NCBI GenBank assembly: GCA_014192425.1
Contig: BJHK01000011.1
Span: 73,670-137,669, forward strand
DNA length: 64,000 bases
Direction of reading: 5' to 3'
Source of the DNA: Planctomycetia bacterium
GTDB lineage: Bacteria > Planctomycetota > Planctomycetia > Pirellulales > UBA1268
A program made the translations under genes and the position numbers. Position 1 is the first letter of the stretch. Each line of letters begins with the position of its first letter. Of this stretch, positions 1-9,340 are shown piece after piece. Under the pieces are notes generated by a model. The model was not told where the DNA came from. It saw only the letters and a program-made list of their open reading frames with translations, and ran no database searches.

Positions 1-962
1 GCGGTGTCGGGAACGATCGTGCACAGCTCGTCCCCTTCCTTCACATACTGGCCGCCCGGGCCGACGTTCGCCGCCACGCGATACACCGTGCCGTCGCAGG
101 GGGCGACGATGTTGCGGGCCTTGAACCGCTCGATGCGGTTGTCGATTTCCTGGATCTCGCGTTCGACGGCAAACCGGCTCTGCTCGGCCTTCCGCAGGTT
201 GCTGCGGGCGACGGCGATCGCCGACAGGCCGGCGGCCTCGGCCTGGAGGAGCAGGGCCTCCTGGGTGAGCAGGCCGGCCCGGGCCCGCTGGATCTCGGCG
301 TCGGCCTTGTCGATGTCGGTCTGGGCGCGGTCGGCCCGCATCTGGGCCTCGTCGCGTGAGAGCCGGCTTTCCAGGCCGCCGAACTGTGGATTCTTGAACA
401 GATCATCGAAGGTCTCGAAGCGGTTGCTCTCGAAGTTCTTGGCGAACTGTGCGTTGGACTTCGTCTGCTGGGAGACTTCGATCGTCTTGCGGGCTGCTTC
501 ACGGTTCGCCTCCGCCGCCTTCACCGCGGCATCCCGGGCCGACTCTTGGGCCGCCGCCGCCGCCGTCAACTCGATAACTTCCTTGTCCGCGGCGTCCAGC
601 CGGCCGGTGAGGAACTTTCGTTGTTCATCGAGCCGCCGCGCGAGCTCAGGATCGTTATCTTCGATATCGACCACGGGATCGTTCATCTTCACGCGGCTTC
701 CCTCGATGACGTGCCAGTTCACGATCTGGCCGGCGACGCGGGCCGTGAGCACCTGCATCCGCTCGGTTGGGGAATATGCGGTGACCACGCCCCGGCACAT
801 CACGGTCTGTTGCCAGGGCACGAAGGCGAGGAGGAATGGGGTGGCGAGAAAGGCGAGGAGGAGCAGGCGAGCGGCGTACCACACGTACCATGGAGTGGCG
901 GCGCGGGCCAGTGCCGACCTGGCGGGCCGTTCGGCGACGCGGGTGTCGTGTCGCGGCGTCAT
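1..962 (-). CDS. HlyD-family membrane fusion (periplasmic adaptor) protein; C-terminus runs off the window
   Basis: Absent from the ORF track because there is no stop codon inside the window. My translation of the minus strand from ATG 962-960 gives MTPRHDTRVAERP...WYVWYAARLLLLAFLATPFLLAF (one TM helix). Next comes GVVTAYSPTERMQVLTARVAGQIVNWHVIEGSRVKMNDPVVDIEDNDPEL (lipoyl-like hairpin), then a long Ala/Arg/Gln coiled coil, then IVAPCDGTVYRVAANVGPGGQYVKEGDELCTIVPD. This is the classic HlyD/EmrA layout. ATGA start/stop overlap with the upstream ABC gene. Confidence 0.8.
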   Translation of the reverse strand, partial: MTPRHDTRVAERPARSALARAATPWYVWYAARLLLLAFLATPFLLAFVPWQQTVMCRGVVTAYSPTERMQVLTARVAGQIVNWHVIEGSRVKMNDPVVDIEDNDPELARRLDEQRKFLTGRLDAADKEVIELTAAAAAQESARDAAVKAAEANREAARKTIEVSQQTKSNAQFAKNFESNRFETFDDLFKNPQFGGLESRLSRDEAQMRADRAQTDIDKADAEIQRARAGLLTQEALLLQAEAAGLSAIAVARSNLRKAEQSRFAVEREIQEIDNRIERFKARNIVAPCDGTVYRVAANVGPGGQYVKEGDELCTIVPDT

Positions 963-2608
963 GACCACTCCACCGCGCGGTCGCAGCGGGCCTTGATGTC
1001 GTCGCGGGCGGTGACGATCACGAGCGTCCAGGGGGCGGCCCGGTCGAAGAGCGAGTCGAGCACCTCGGGGCAGCTGCGCATGTCGAGCCGGTCGAGCATG
1101 CCGTTGACGAGCAGCAGGCGGGGACGGCCGGCGATCGCCCGGGCGATCGATAGCCGGGAGATGTCGTTGACCGACAGCGGCAGGCCGTCGGAGGCCAGCG
1201 GCGTCGACACGCCTTCGGGCAGGCGGGCGACGGTGTCGGCGAGGCTGACCATCTCCAGCGCCCGGCGGACATCGGCGGCCGAGAGTTCGTCTCGGCCGAC
1301 GCGGATGTTTTCGGCGACGGTGTCGGCGAAGGTCTCGGACTGGCCGACGTAGGCGACCTGCAGCCGCGTGGCGGCCCGGTCAAGCGAGCGGGCGTCGAGG
1401 CCGTCGAATTCGAGGAGCCCCTCGGTGGGCACGCGTAACAGGGCGAGCGTCTCCAGGAGCCAGGTCTTGCCGCTGCCCGACGGGCCAGTGATCGCCACGC
1501 GTTCGCCGGGGCCGATCTCAAGGCGACGCATCTCGGCGGCCTCGTGACCGGGCCGCCGGGCACGGACCTCGATGACGACCCGCATCGGGCTGTCGGCCGC
1601 GGGGAGGATCTCGCCGCCGGTCCGTTCCAGCGGGAGCTGCTCGATGACTCCCAGCTTGTCGAGCGAGGCCTGGAGGTCATAGAAGGTCTCGATGTACTTC
1701 CCGCTCTTGGAGATCGCGGCGAGGACGAGGGCCACGATCAGTTCGCCGGCCACGAGCTGGCCGAGCGTCAGCTGCCGCTGGATCACGAGCCAGCCGCCGA
1801 GTCCGAGGAGGATCGTCATCGCCACCGCCTCGAGGAGCAGGGCGAAGAGCGTCTGCCGCCAGACGACGCTGAAGTGCCGGCGGCGGGCCGCCACGTAGGC
1901 GTCGGCGAGGTCGTCGGCCCGCTGGTGGGCGAGCTCGCCGCCGCGGCCGAAGCGGAAGGTGTGGGGGCACTTGGCCAGCTCCTCGAGCCAGGCCGCAACG
2001 TCGAACTTGGCGTAGCTCTCGGCGATGCTCGTGCGGACGCCGCCAATCCCGAGCACGAAGAACAGGAACAGCACCAGCCCCGCCATCACGGCCGCGAACG
2101 TAAGCAGGTAGGGGTGGTAGAAGGCGAGAACGGCGAGGCCGACGAGCGTGATCATCACGACGCCGACGCCATCCACGAGCAGCGTGGCCACCGCCTTCTG
2201 CACCGAGGCGACCTCGAAGAAACGGTTGACGATGTCGGTGGGGTTGCGGCCGTCGAAGGCGGCGATCTCGGCCCGGGAAAAGTGGTCGGCGAAGGCGTCG
2301 GCCGTGCGCACGAAGAACCGGCGCTGCAGGCATTCGACGACGTACATCTGCATCGCCCGGAGGGCCGCAGAGAGGGCGAGAAACACGAACATCACGCCGG
2401 AGAGCACGATCACCGGCCAGAGTTGCACGCCGAAGGCGACCGTGTTGACGAGCGCCTCGATGGCGGCCGGCGCGACGATCGAGAGGATGCCGACGGCGGT
2501 GGCGAACAGGGCGACGATCCAGACGTCGTCCCGCTCGAACCGCAGGGCATCGGCGAGTCGCGCCAGCGGCCGCTTGTGCGGGGCGCCGTGAGCGTGGGGT
2601 TGGGCCAT
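959..2608 (-). CDS. ABC exporter half-transporter (N-terminal TMD, C-terminal NBD) with degenerate catalytic motifs
   Basis: 549 aa with about six hydrophobic helices in the N-terminal 300 aa. The NBD has Walker A GPSGSGKT and Q-loop YVGQ. The signature position reads LSVND (not LSGGQ), the Walker B position reads LLLVNGMLDRLD (no D-E), and the H-loop position reads IVTARDD. No C39 peptidase domain. Confidence 0.8.
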   Translation of the reverse strand: MAQPHAHGAPHKRPLARLADALRFERDDVWIVALFATAVGILSIVAPAAIEALVNTVAFGVQLWPVIVLSGVMFVFLALSAALRAMQMYVVECLQRRFFVRTADAFADHFSRAEIAAFDGRNPTDIVNRFFEVASVQKAVATLLVDGVGVVMITLVGLAVLAFYHPYLLTFAAVMAGLVLFLFFVLGIGGVRTSIAESYAKFDVAAWLEELAKCPHTFRFGRGGELAHQRADDLADAYVAARRRHFSVVWRQTLFALLLEAVAMTILLGLGGWLVIQRQLTLGQLVAGELIVALVLAAISKSGKYIETFYDLQASLDKLGVIEQLPLERTGGEILPAADSPMRVVIEVRARRPGHEAAEMRRLEIGPGERVAITGPSGSGKTWLLETLALLRVPTEGLLEFDGLDARSLDRAATRLQVAYVGQSETFADTVAENIRVGRDELSAADVRRALEMVSLADTVARLPEGVSTPLASDGLPLSVNDISRLSIARAIAGRPRLLLVNGMLDRLDMRSCPEVLDSLFDRAAPWTLVIVTARDDIKARCDRAVEWS

Positions 2609-2664
2609 GGGGATACCGGCGAGGGACCGGGATCATGACGGCCACCGGCGCGGTGGACAACGGC

Positions 2665-2693
2665 AAAAACCCCGGGAGAGAGGGGCGCCGGGG
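2665..2693 (-). terminator. Weak candidate intrinsic terminator after the epimerase gene
   Basis: On the minus strand there is a 6-bp GC stem (2688-2693 pairing with 2670-2675) and a 12-nt loop, followed by TTTTT (complement of A-run 2665-2669). The stem is short, so this is tentative. Confidence 0.3.
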
Positions 2694-2744
2694 GCTGGGA
2701 AGACGGGGCAAGACGAACGCAACGCCGGTCAACCGGCCAGCGTC

Positions 2745-3710
2745 TCACCCTTGTTTGGTGACCCAGTCGAGCATTTCCGCGAGGCCCTCGCGGGTCGATT
2801 GGGGGTGGCGATAACCGGCGGCGACGAGCTTGTCGGACGGAAACACGCTCGTCTCGCGGATCGCTCGCAGGCGGGCGCTCGTGAGGGGGAAGGATCGGCC
2901 GGTGAGGGCCTCGTAGAGGTCGCCGGTGCCGGCGACGACTAAAGCCAGCGTGCCCGGTATCGATCGTGGTCGCGGTGCGTGTGCCAGTTCGGCAATCAGG
3001 TGGGCGAGTTCGGACAGCGAAGGCGTTTCACGATCCGAGACGTTGAAGATTTCGCATCCCGGACCATGCTGCTCCGCCGCGAACGCGATCGCTGCAGCGA
3101 GGTTCGTACGCGAGACGACGGACTTGCGCGTCTCCCCGCGACCTATCAAACACGGCTTGCCGGCAAGAATCTGGCGGACGAAGGCCGCGAGGTTTGCCTC
3201 GTTGCCGGGGCCGTAAACCGGCGCCGGGCGAAGTATGACAGCCTGTCTGGTCGCGTTCTCCGCGGCCCAGCGCTGGATGGCAAGTTCCGCGGCAGCCTTG
3301 GAGCGTCCGTACGCGGTGTTTGGTGCAAGCGGGGCGGCCTCGGTCTGGGGTGTCGAGGCGGCAGCGACAGCCTTGATCGTACTCAGATGAACGAATTGTC
3401 GCACATTGCGGCGTGCCGCCCACGTGAGCCATTCCTCCGTACCACCGACGTTCACGCGGTAAAAATCGGCCTCATCCGCCGGTGACGGCCGCGGCACATG
3501 CTGCTTTACTTCGAGATGGACGACGGTGTCTATTCCGCCGACATCGACCTGAGCGGTGAGCACGTCGGTGCGGGGTGCACCGCGCCATCCGGGCGGCAGG
3601 CCGGTCGGGGCAATGCGTCCCGTGGCGACACCGCCGACGTCACGCATGGCAAGAAAATGCAGCAGGCCCCGGCCCACGAAACCGCTGGCCCCGGTGACGA
3701 GCACGTTCAT
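2745..3710 (-). CDS. NAD-dependent sugar epimerase/dehydratase (extended SDR)
   Basis: Start chosen at internal MNVLVTGASGFVGRGLL (GxxGxxG Rossmann motif). Its ATG overlaps the stop of the upstream GT (ATGA at 3708-3712). Catalytic YxxxK is present in NTAYGRSKAAAE. The 50-aa N-terminal extension in the track ORF is Arg/Pro-rich and unlikely to be real. Confidence 0.85.
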   Translation of the reverse strand: MNVLVTGASGFVGRGLLHFLAMRDVGGVATGRIAPTGLPPGWRGAPRTDVLTAQVDVGGIDTVVHLEVKQHVPRPSPADEADFYRVNVGGTEEWLTWAARRNVRQFVHLSTIKAVAAASTPQTEAAPLAPNTAYGRSKAAAELAIQRWAAENATRQAVILRPAPVYGPGNEANLAAFVRQILAGKPCLIGRGETRKSVVSRTNLAAAIAFAAEQHGPGCEIFNVSDRETPSLSELAHLIAELAHAPRPRSIPGTLALVVAGTGDLYEALTGRSFPLTSARLRAIRETSVFPSDKLVAAGYRHPQSTREGLAEMLDWVTKQG

Positions 3711-5038
3711 CAGCTTTGTTTCACCTGCGCGGTCAGAGCCAGCGTCTCGAGCCAGTCGGCGAACTTCGGATACGTGCGGTCGCGATCGAAGACGGCGACG
3801 GCCAGCCGGCGGGCGGCCTGCCGCATGGACAGCAGGCGGCGTCGGTCGGTCGCCAGGCAAGTGATGGCGGCGGCGAGCGAGCTGCCGTCGCCGGCGACAT
3901 AGTTCACGCCGGCCTCGTGGGTCGCGATCAGGTCGGCGAGTTCGCCGGGAAGCGAGTTGACAAGCGCCAGCCCCGCCGCGGCGTAGTCGCAGGCCTTGTA
4001 GGGCACGGCCACGAGCGACTCGGGCTTCACGAGCACGAGGCCCACATCGCAGCCGGCAAGAAGTTTGACGTACTCTTTTCGGTCGAGCAGCCCGTGGACG
4101 ATCAGTTCACAGCTGCCGCGGGCCGCTGCCGCCGCCGAGCGGAGCATCGGCTCGAGCGGTCCGGTGCCGGCGACGTGCAGCACGGCACGCGTGCCGGCCG
4201 CCGACAGGCTGCGGGCCGCGGCCACGAGGGCCTGCAGGTCCTGGCCATTGCCGAGGGATCCGGAGTAGACGCAGCGGATCGGCTCGAATGTCTGCGTCGC
4301 GGTCGGGCCGGTGGCGGCGGGCACGGGATCGATGAGCCGCGGCGGTGCCGGAAACTCCTCGACGTAGGCGCCGACGTAGCAGTCATGCCGCGGCAGGTCG
4401 GCGCGGGCGTCGCGCAGGGCGACGGCGGCGTAGGTGTGCGTCGCGGCCGACACGCCGTCCGCAGCCGCGAGGACCGCGTCGCGACGGCGAACCATGCCGC
4501 CACAGAGCAGTCGGGCCAGCGGCCGGCGGATGAAGTCCGGGCCGGGAATGAGTCGCTCGAACGTCTCCGGCCAGAGGTCCATCAGGTCCACGACGAACGT
4601 CGCATCGGCCCGTCGTGCCAGCCGGGCCGCGGCCTCCACGCCCTCCAGCGGTGGCAGGCTCGCGAAGACGATGTCGGGCCGCTCCATCGCGCCCGTGGCG
4701 ATCGCGTCGCTGGCGAGCCGTTCGAACGACCGGCCGAAGTCGGCGTGGCTGCGCAGTCGGGCAAGCGAGACGTTTTTCGTGTACGGCCGGACGGGGACTG
4801 CACGCACGCAAAATCCCTCGTCCTCGCGGATGCCGTGGTCCACGGTTCGCCGCGCCTTGCGGCGGTGGCTCCAGTCGGCCGTCCACCAAGTGACGTCATG
4901 ACCGCGGGCGGCCAGGATTCGGGCCAGCGTCCAGTATCGCAGCGGCGGCAGGCCCTCGCCCGGGACGTCGTCGAACGGATTGACGAGCCAGACGGTGAGT
5001 GGCCGGGGGGCCAGTGGCTCGGGGGCGGGACTGGGCAT
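3710..5038 (-). CDS. Glycosyltransferase family 4 (WcaI-like)
   Basis: N-terminus is VWLVNPFDDVPGEGLPPLRYWTLARILAARGHDVTWWT, typical of WcaI-type GT-B enzymes. C-terminal half has VGLVLVKPESLVAVPYKACDYAAAGLALV. Confidence 0.8.
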   Translation of the reverse strand: MPSPAPEPLAPRPLTVWLVNPFDDVPGEGLPPLRYWTLARILAARGHDVTWWTADWSHRRKARRTVDHGIREDEGFCVRAVPVRPYTKNVSLARLRSHADFGRSFERLASDAIATGAMERPDIVFASLPPLEGVEAAARLARRADATFVVDLMDLWPETFERLIPGPDFIRRPLARLLCGGMVRRRDAVLAAADGVSAATHTYAAVALRDARADLPRHDCYVGAYVEEFPAPPRLIDPVPAATGPTATQTFEPIRCVYSGSLGNGQDLQALVAAARSLSAAGTRAVLHVAGTGPLEPMLRSAAAAARGSCELIVHGLLDRKEYVKLLAGCDVGLVLVKPESLVAVPYKACDYAAAGLALVNSLPGELADLIATHEAGVNYVAGDGSSLAAAITCLATDRRRLLSMRQAARRLAVAVFDRDRTYPKFADWLETLALTAQVKQS

Positions 5039-5206
5039 CGCGAAAGCCTAACAAACGGCCCGCCGGAGACGCAGGGCCGCGCGCCCCGCTCGGGCGCGGC
5101 GCGGATTCCCGCCGGGAGTCGCCTCAGGTCGCCTGCAGTGGTTCGACCGTGTTGATCTGAATCAAGGCGCAGAAAACGAAGCGGTCCTGCTCAGGGGAAA
5201 GCTCAG

Positions 5207-5262
5207 GGGAAAAAGGTGACAGCCACCATTTGACGACAAATGGTGGCTGTCACCTTTTTCCC
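5207..5262. repeat. Perfect palindrome (26-bp stem, 4-nt loop) flanked by A5/T5; member of a 3-copy repeat family; bidirectional terminator-like
   Basis: GGGAAAAAGGTGACAGCCACCATTTG acga CAAATGGTGGCTGTCACCTTTTTCCC. I checked every base pair by hand. It lies between the stop of the 1107-aa gene (5367) and the start of the GT4 gene (5038). Confidence 0.9.
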
Positions 5263-5366
5263 GACGCTCATCGGGAAGATCTCAAGCTCCTCAAAAAGTG
5301 TACACGAGCATATAAGACGTCTTCCCGCGCGTTGTTCAACTCCCTGCGCGCTCGCCGAAGGGGCGG

Positions 5367-8300
5367 TCACTCCCAGGCGCAGAGTGACTCGACGTGCGCC
5401 GCGGAACCGTCGCGGAGCCAGCCGTCGAGCTGGGCCACGTCCTTGAGCTGCTGGCCGCGCTGCCGTGGCACGACGAAAAACCGGCACGACACCTCCGGCA
5501 GCGCCGACATGTCGCCCCACAGCTTCTCGAACTGGGCGACGGGGAAGACATCCTCCTGCCCCTGGCCCCAGCGTTTTTTCACGTCCTTGAGCGTCACATA
5601 CGTCGGCACGCGCTGGGCCACGCGGCGAATCGCGCCGGCGACCCGGGCCTCGTCCCCGAGATCGCCGCGGCCGAGGCCAAAAACATCCAGCAGCCGATCG
5701 ATGTCGATCCACGTCGAGAGTGTGTTGTAGAAGCGAAGCTTGAACTCGTCCTCCTCGCGGGGCATCGCCAGCCCCTCGACGAGCCGCGGCCGCCCGTTGA
5801 CCTTTGCCAGGCCGCCGCCCCGATCCTCGATCCGCCGGGTGATCACCTCGTATGACAGGCAGGAGCCGCCGGCAATGTGGCGGCCGAGGAGGGTTGGATC
5901 GAGGTCGGCGCCGACCGTGTCGATGTTGTGCAGGAAGAGCCACCGCAGCTGCGGCCGCTCGGCGAGCAGGCCGGCCAGCACGCCGTTGCGGAGCATGTTT
6001 GGGATCTCATACCAGTGCCCCACCGGATGGAGACACTGCGAGGGGAGGTTGGCGGTGTAGTCGCTTCCCTCGCCGGCCTGCTCGGCCCAGCCGATGAGCG
6101 CGGCATGGAGGCTTTCCCGAACCTTTTGCTTTTGCTCATCGAGCATCTGGTGGGCGGTCTCCTCCCACGCAAACCGTAGGTCGCGGGTCATCGGCACGAG
6201 CCGTAGGCCGACGGCCCGGCCTGGCGAGAGCGTGACGGCGACGTCGGCGGGCGTGTCGCGGCCGAGGGCGGCGGCGATCTGGTCGTGCGTCAGGTGGCTC
6301 GTCGTCACGACATGCGGCACAGCCACTCCGGCGCGGCGGCCCGTGGCCCGCGTCTTGGCGAGATGCACGTCGAGAAACGAGCGGTGCCGGCCGGCGAACT
6401 TGCAGAACGGGTTCAAGGCCTTGACCACGCCCGCGCCCTGCGTCCAGCGGCTGCCGACGCCGGCGGCGAGCGTGACGACGGCCGCTTCGCCGCGGCGCAG
6501 CGCCGCGAGGCCCGCGGCTCGGAAGTCGGCGTCTGCCTGGTCAGCGTCATTGGCGCCGGTGAACTCGACGTCGGTGTCGTCCACGTCGTCGAGGGCGCTG
6601 GCCGCCGGGAGCCGGTTCTGGGCGAGGCCGATCCGGCCGTGCCGAAGGTCGGTGCGAATCTGCTCGTGTTGCACCTCGTCGAAGCCGAGCCGGGCGAGGA
6701 GGCCACGCAGGTCGGCCGCATCGCCGCCGGTCGCAGCCCGGGGAAAGAGCCGGTCGAAGAGCGTGTCCACCATGCCGGCGAGCTCGGGCCGCGTCCGGCA
6801 GGCGGCGCCGAAGGCGTCGAGCTCGGCCCGGCGCGCGGGCGAGAGTGCGTGTGCCTTGAGCAGGCCGGGCACGGTAAGCGCGTAGTATCCGGCGGGCATG
6901 AGCGCCTCGGGGCCGGTCAGCAGATCGCTCCACGTGCCGCGGTCATTGACGGCGAAGTCGTACACGACGGGCTCCATGGCGAAGGGTAAAGCGTGCTCGA
7001 GCTCCCGCTTCGTGCGGCGCATGATCTCGCCGAGCGCCTCCTGCGCGGCGGCCTTCACGTCGGGCGTGAAGATGAACCCCATGCCTCCGCCGGCCATGCC
7101 GCCGAGCATCCAGAAGCCGCGGAAGTCGGCACCAAATTGCTCCTTCACGCGGGCGATGATCGTCTCCGTATAGAGATTCGTCGCCCAGGGAATGATCGTC
7201 TGGATGGGGCCGAAGAAGTTGCGGGTCGTGGCGGCGGCGATCCGGCCGACGTCTCCCGCCTCGACGGCGGCGATGATCTCGTCGAGCACCAGGCCCGCCT
7301 CGCGCCGGGCCTGCCATTCGGCGGCCGAGCGGAGGAGGTATTTTTCCGTGACCATCTCCAGGATCGGGCCCACGTTCTGGGCCATGCCGCCATGCACGAG
7401 CACGAGCGATTCCTGGAGATCGGCGCCGAGCCTGACAGCCTCGTGGCTGGGAAGCAATCGGCCGCGGCTCGTGCCGTGTTCTGGATCTCCCGCCGTGGCG
7501 GCCACGCCCCTGATCAGCTTGGCGGCGGGCCACACTCCCCCGGAGTCCTGCCAGCCGCCTCCCGAGCCGCCCAGCCATTCGCCGAGGATCGCCCGCGCCG
7601 CCACGAGCCGCCGTTCGGGCTCGGAAAGCTGGCCGGTCAGCGACGTCGCCTGGCCCGTGGCCCGCATGCAGGCGGCGATCAGGGCGGCGAGGAGGTTCGT
7701 GGAGACGGCGAGCCGCGAACCCTTGGGAATGTTGTTGACGCTGCTGACGAGTTCCAAGCCGAGTCCGGGTCCCACGACCCGCTCGAGGAGCATCGCCAGG
7801 CTTTCGCCGGAGCCCTCGACACCGGGGGGCACGATGCCGGCCGCGATCACGGCGGCCTTGAGGAGGCCCAGGTAGTCGCGGGCAAAATCAAACACCTCCG
7901 CCAGGTCGGTGATCTCGGCAGAGGCGCCGAGATCGACGCTCGTCAGCCGCAGCACCGGGGCATCGATGACCCGCAGCGAAGCCTCGACCGGCGGCTTCGG
8001 CAGCGCATCGCGGCCATGCACGGCGAGGTCGATGGAGACGTTGAGGACGCGGGCGCCCTCGGGAAAGTCCATGCCGAGGAAGAAAATATCGCTCCACCCG
8101 GAATGGGAAAGGTCCATGCGGACGGGGGTCGATTCGCGGAGCAGGGGAAACATCCCGCCCGTGTCGCGGGCGAGGAGTTCGGGGCGGATCCGCAGGGCGT
8201 GGTCGGCCGGGTGCCCCATGCGAAACATCCACTGGTTGCCGCGCAGACCGCGGACGCTCCTCCGGACCTGGTTGGCGAGCGTCTGCAGGCCGAGATCGCG

Positions 8301-8690
8301 GTAGGCGGCGGCCAGGGCGCTGGAGATCGCGTCGGACGGCCCATGCTCCGCCTGGGCCTCGAGAAACGTCTCGATCGCCTCCTCGAAGCGGCGGGCGAGG
8401 AGGTGCTCGTATCCCGCGTGGGGAATGAGGGCCGCGGCGTCGGTGGCGGCGACGAGCGGCGGGATGTGGAAGCGGTGAATGGCGTGGAGGAAAAACAGGG
8501 CCCGCACCCGCTCGTAGAGGTTGGGGCTCGCGTGGCGAAACGCCTCCAGGGCCGCGCACTCACCGAGCAGTTTATCGAGCCCGGCGTCGCGGCAGACGTC
8601 GTCGATCGACCGGTCCCGGGCCGCGGGATCGGCCGCCGTGATGATCGCCACGAGGGGTGATGCGGCAGGTAATGCAGCGGTGATCGGCAT
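5367..8690 (-). CDS. Large fusion protein: N-terminal unknown region, GHMP-kinase-like (fucokinase-like) domain, C-terminal UDPGP-type sugar-1-phosphate nucleotidyltransferase
   Basis: 1107 aa. Middle region has [21 protein letters not shown] (GHMP motif-II-like but Gly-poor), [12 protein letters not shown], and [14 protein letters not shown] (GHMP motif-III-like). C-terminal region has [26 protein letters not shown] and [15 protein letters not shown], matching UDPGP-family G-x-G-(T/S)-R and NIDNLG-type motifs. Confidence 0.7.
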   Translation of the reverse strand: MPITAALPAASPLVAIITAADPAARDRSIDDVCRDAGLDKLLGECAALEAFRHASPNLYERVRALFFLHAIHRFHIPPLVAATDAAALIPHAGYEHLLARRFEEAIETFLEAQAEHGPSDAISSALAAAYRDLGLQTLANQVRRSVRGLRGNQWMFRMGHPADHALRIRPELLARDTGGMFPLLRESTPVRMDLSHSGWSDIFFLGMDFPEGARVLNVSIDLAVHGRDALPKPPVEASLRVIDAPVLRLTSVDLGASAEITDLAEVFDFARDYLGLLKAAVIAAGIVPPGVEGSGESLAMLLERVVGPGLGLELVSSVNNIPKGSRLAVSTNLLAALIAACMRATGQATSLTGQLSEPERRLVAARAILGEWLGGSGGGWQDSGGVWPAAKLIRGVAATAGDPEHGTSRGRLLPSHEAVRLGADLQESLVLVHGGMAQNVGPILEMVTEKYLLRSAAEWQARREAGLVLDEIIAAVEAGDVGRIAAATTRNFFGPIQTIIPWATNLYTETIIARVKEQFGADFRGFWMLGGMAGGGMGFIFTPDVKAAAQEALGEIMRRTKRELEHALPFAMEPVVYDFAVNDRGTWSDLLTGPEALMPAGYYALTVPGLLKAHALSPARRAELDAFGAACRTRPELAGMVDTLFDRLFPRAATGGDAADLRGLLARLGFDEVQHEQIRTDLRHGRIGLAQNRLPAASALDDVDDTDVEFTGANDADQADADFRAAGLAALRRGEAAVVTLAAGVGSRWTQGAGVVKALNPFCKFAGRHRSFLDVHLAKTRATGRRAGVAVPHVVTTSHLTHDQIAAALGRDTPADVAVTLSPGRAVGLRLVPMTRDLRFAWEETAHQMLDEQKQKVRESLHAALIGWAEQAGEGSDYTANLPSQCLHPVGHWYEIPNMLRNGVLAGLLAERPQLRWLFLHNIDTVGADLDPTLLGRHIAGGSCLSYEVITRRIEDRGGGLAKVNGRPRLVEGLAMPREEDEFKLRFYNTLSTWIDIDRLLDVFGLGRGDLGDEARVAGAIRRVAQRVPTYVTLKDVKKRWGQGQEDVFPVAQFEKLWGDMSALPEVSCRFFVVPRQRGQQLKDVAQLDGWLRDGSAAHVESLCAWE

Positions 8691-8694
8691 GGCT

Positions 8695-8910
8695 TTACCC
8701 GACGTGTTTTGCCGTCACCTCGAACTCGACCTGCCGCGGAATCGGCATGTGCTTCGACGCGTCGAGAATTTCGACGGAGAGCAGGCTGCCGTTGGCGTCG
8801 TAGTCGAGAATGATGCCGGGCCTGGGCTCGTCGCTCTCGGCCACCACGCCGTTCATCACGAGCACGGAGAGCGTGTCAGTCTCCGGGTCGAACAGGACCT
8901 TCATCGTCAT
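8695..8910 (-). CDS. DUF2283-like small protein (putative antitoxin)
   Basis: 71 aa: [56 protein letters not shown]... This follows the pattern YD.E.D.L...GVILDYD.NG.IVGIEILDAS as I remember it for DUF2283. Only the last 71 codons of track ORF 8695..9540 look real. ATGA overlap with the upstream gene. Confidence 0.65.
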   Translation of the reverse strand: MTMKVLFDPETDTLSVLVMNGVVAESDEPRPGIILDYDANGSLLSVEILDASKHMPIPRQVEFEVTAKHVG

Positions 8911-9176
8911 GTCCTCCAATATTTGGCCACTTTGCTCGTGCAGTACACCGTAACAATTTCGCACGGAATCCGGTCGATGTCCACGAACACCCGCAGTAGC
9001 CGTCCAGATGGGAGAACAGACTGCCACACTGCTCGGCCCGGCCTCAGGATGAGAATCTGACCCGGTGACTGCAGCGTTGCCTCGACTTCTGCGACGCCTA
9101 TGCCGCGTCTGTTGGCTTCGAACCAGGCGTGATCGGTCCAGCGAACGAGCATGATCCGTGGTCCGCGCAGCCGCAA
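8907..9176 (-). CDS. DUF4258-like small protein (putative toxin)
   Basis: MLVRWTDHAWFEANRRGIGVAEVEATLQSPGQIL...LLRVFVDIDRIPCEIVTVYCTS. The HA...R.I motif and C-terminal VTVY resemble DUF4258. The start may be M9 (9152). Confidence 0.55.
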   Translation of the reverse strand: MRLRGPRIMLVRWTDHAWFEANRRGIGVAEVEATLQSPGQILILRPGRAVWQSVLPSGRLLRVFVDIDRIPCEIVTVYCTSKVAKYWRT

Positions 9177-9340
9177 AGAAACAGGAAGTGATCATGTGTA
9201 CACTTTTTTGGAGGTGGCCGTCAACAGGCGTGATCGCATTCCGTCCGTGGCCGTCGTCGAAACAATGCCGCCGACTCGAGGGGCGCCCAAGTTGATGCGG
9301 CGTCTGCGGCCCGCGAGTCTCCGGCGGGCTGATCCAGCAT

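Noticed and set aside
4-996. Long plus-strand ORF (330 aa). Many similar long antisense ORFs also appear, e.g. 1544-2638, 3716-5155, 6993-8660, 43541-44950, 44947-46590, 47661-49136, 49803-51479, 54112-57309, 59963-61723.
   Set aside because: They are Arg/Ala/Gly/Pro-rich low-complexity translations with no recognisable motifs. Each lies opposite a gene with clear family signatures. These are typical shadow ORFs of high-GC DNA.
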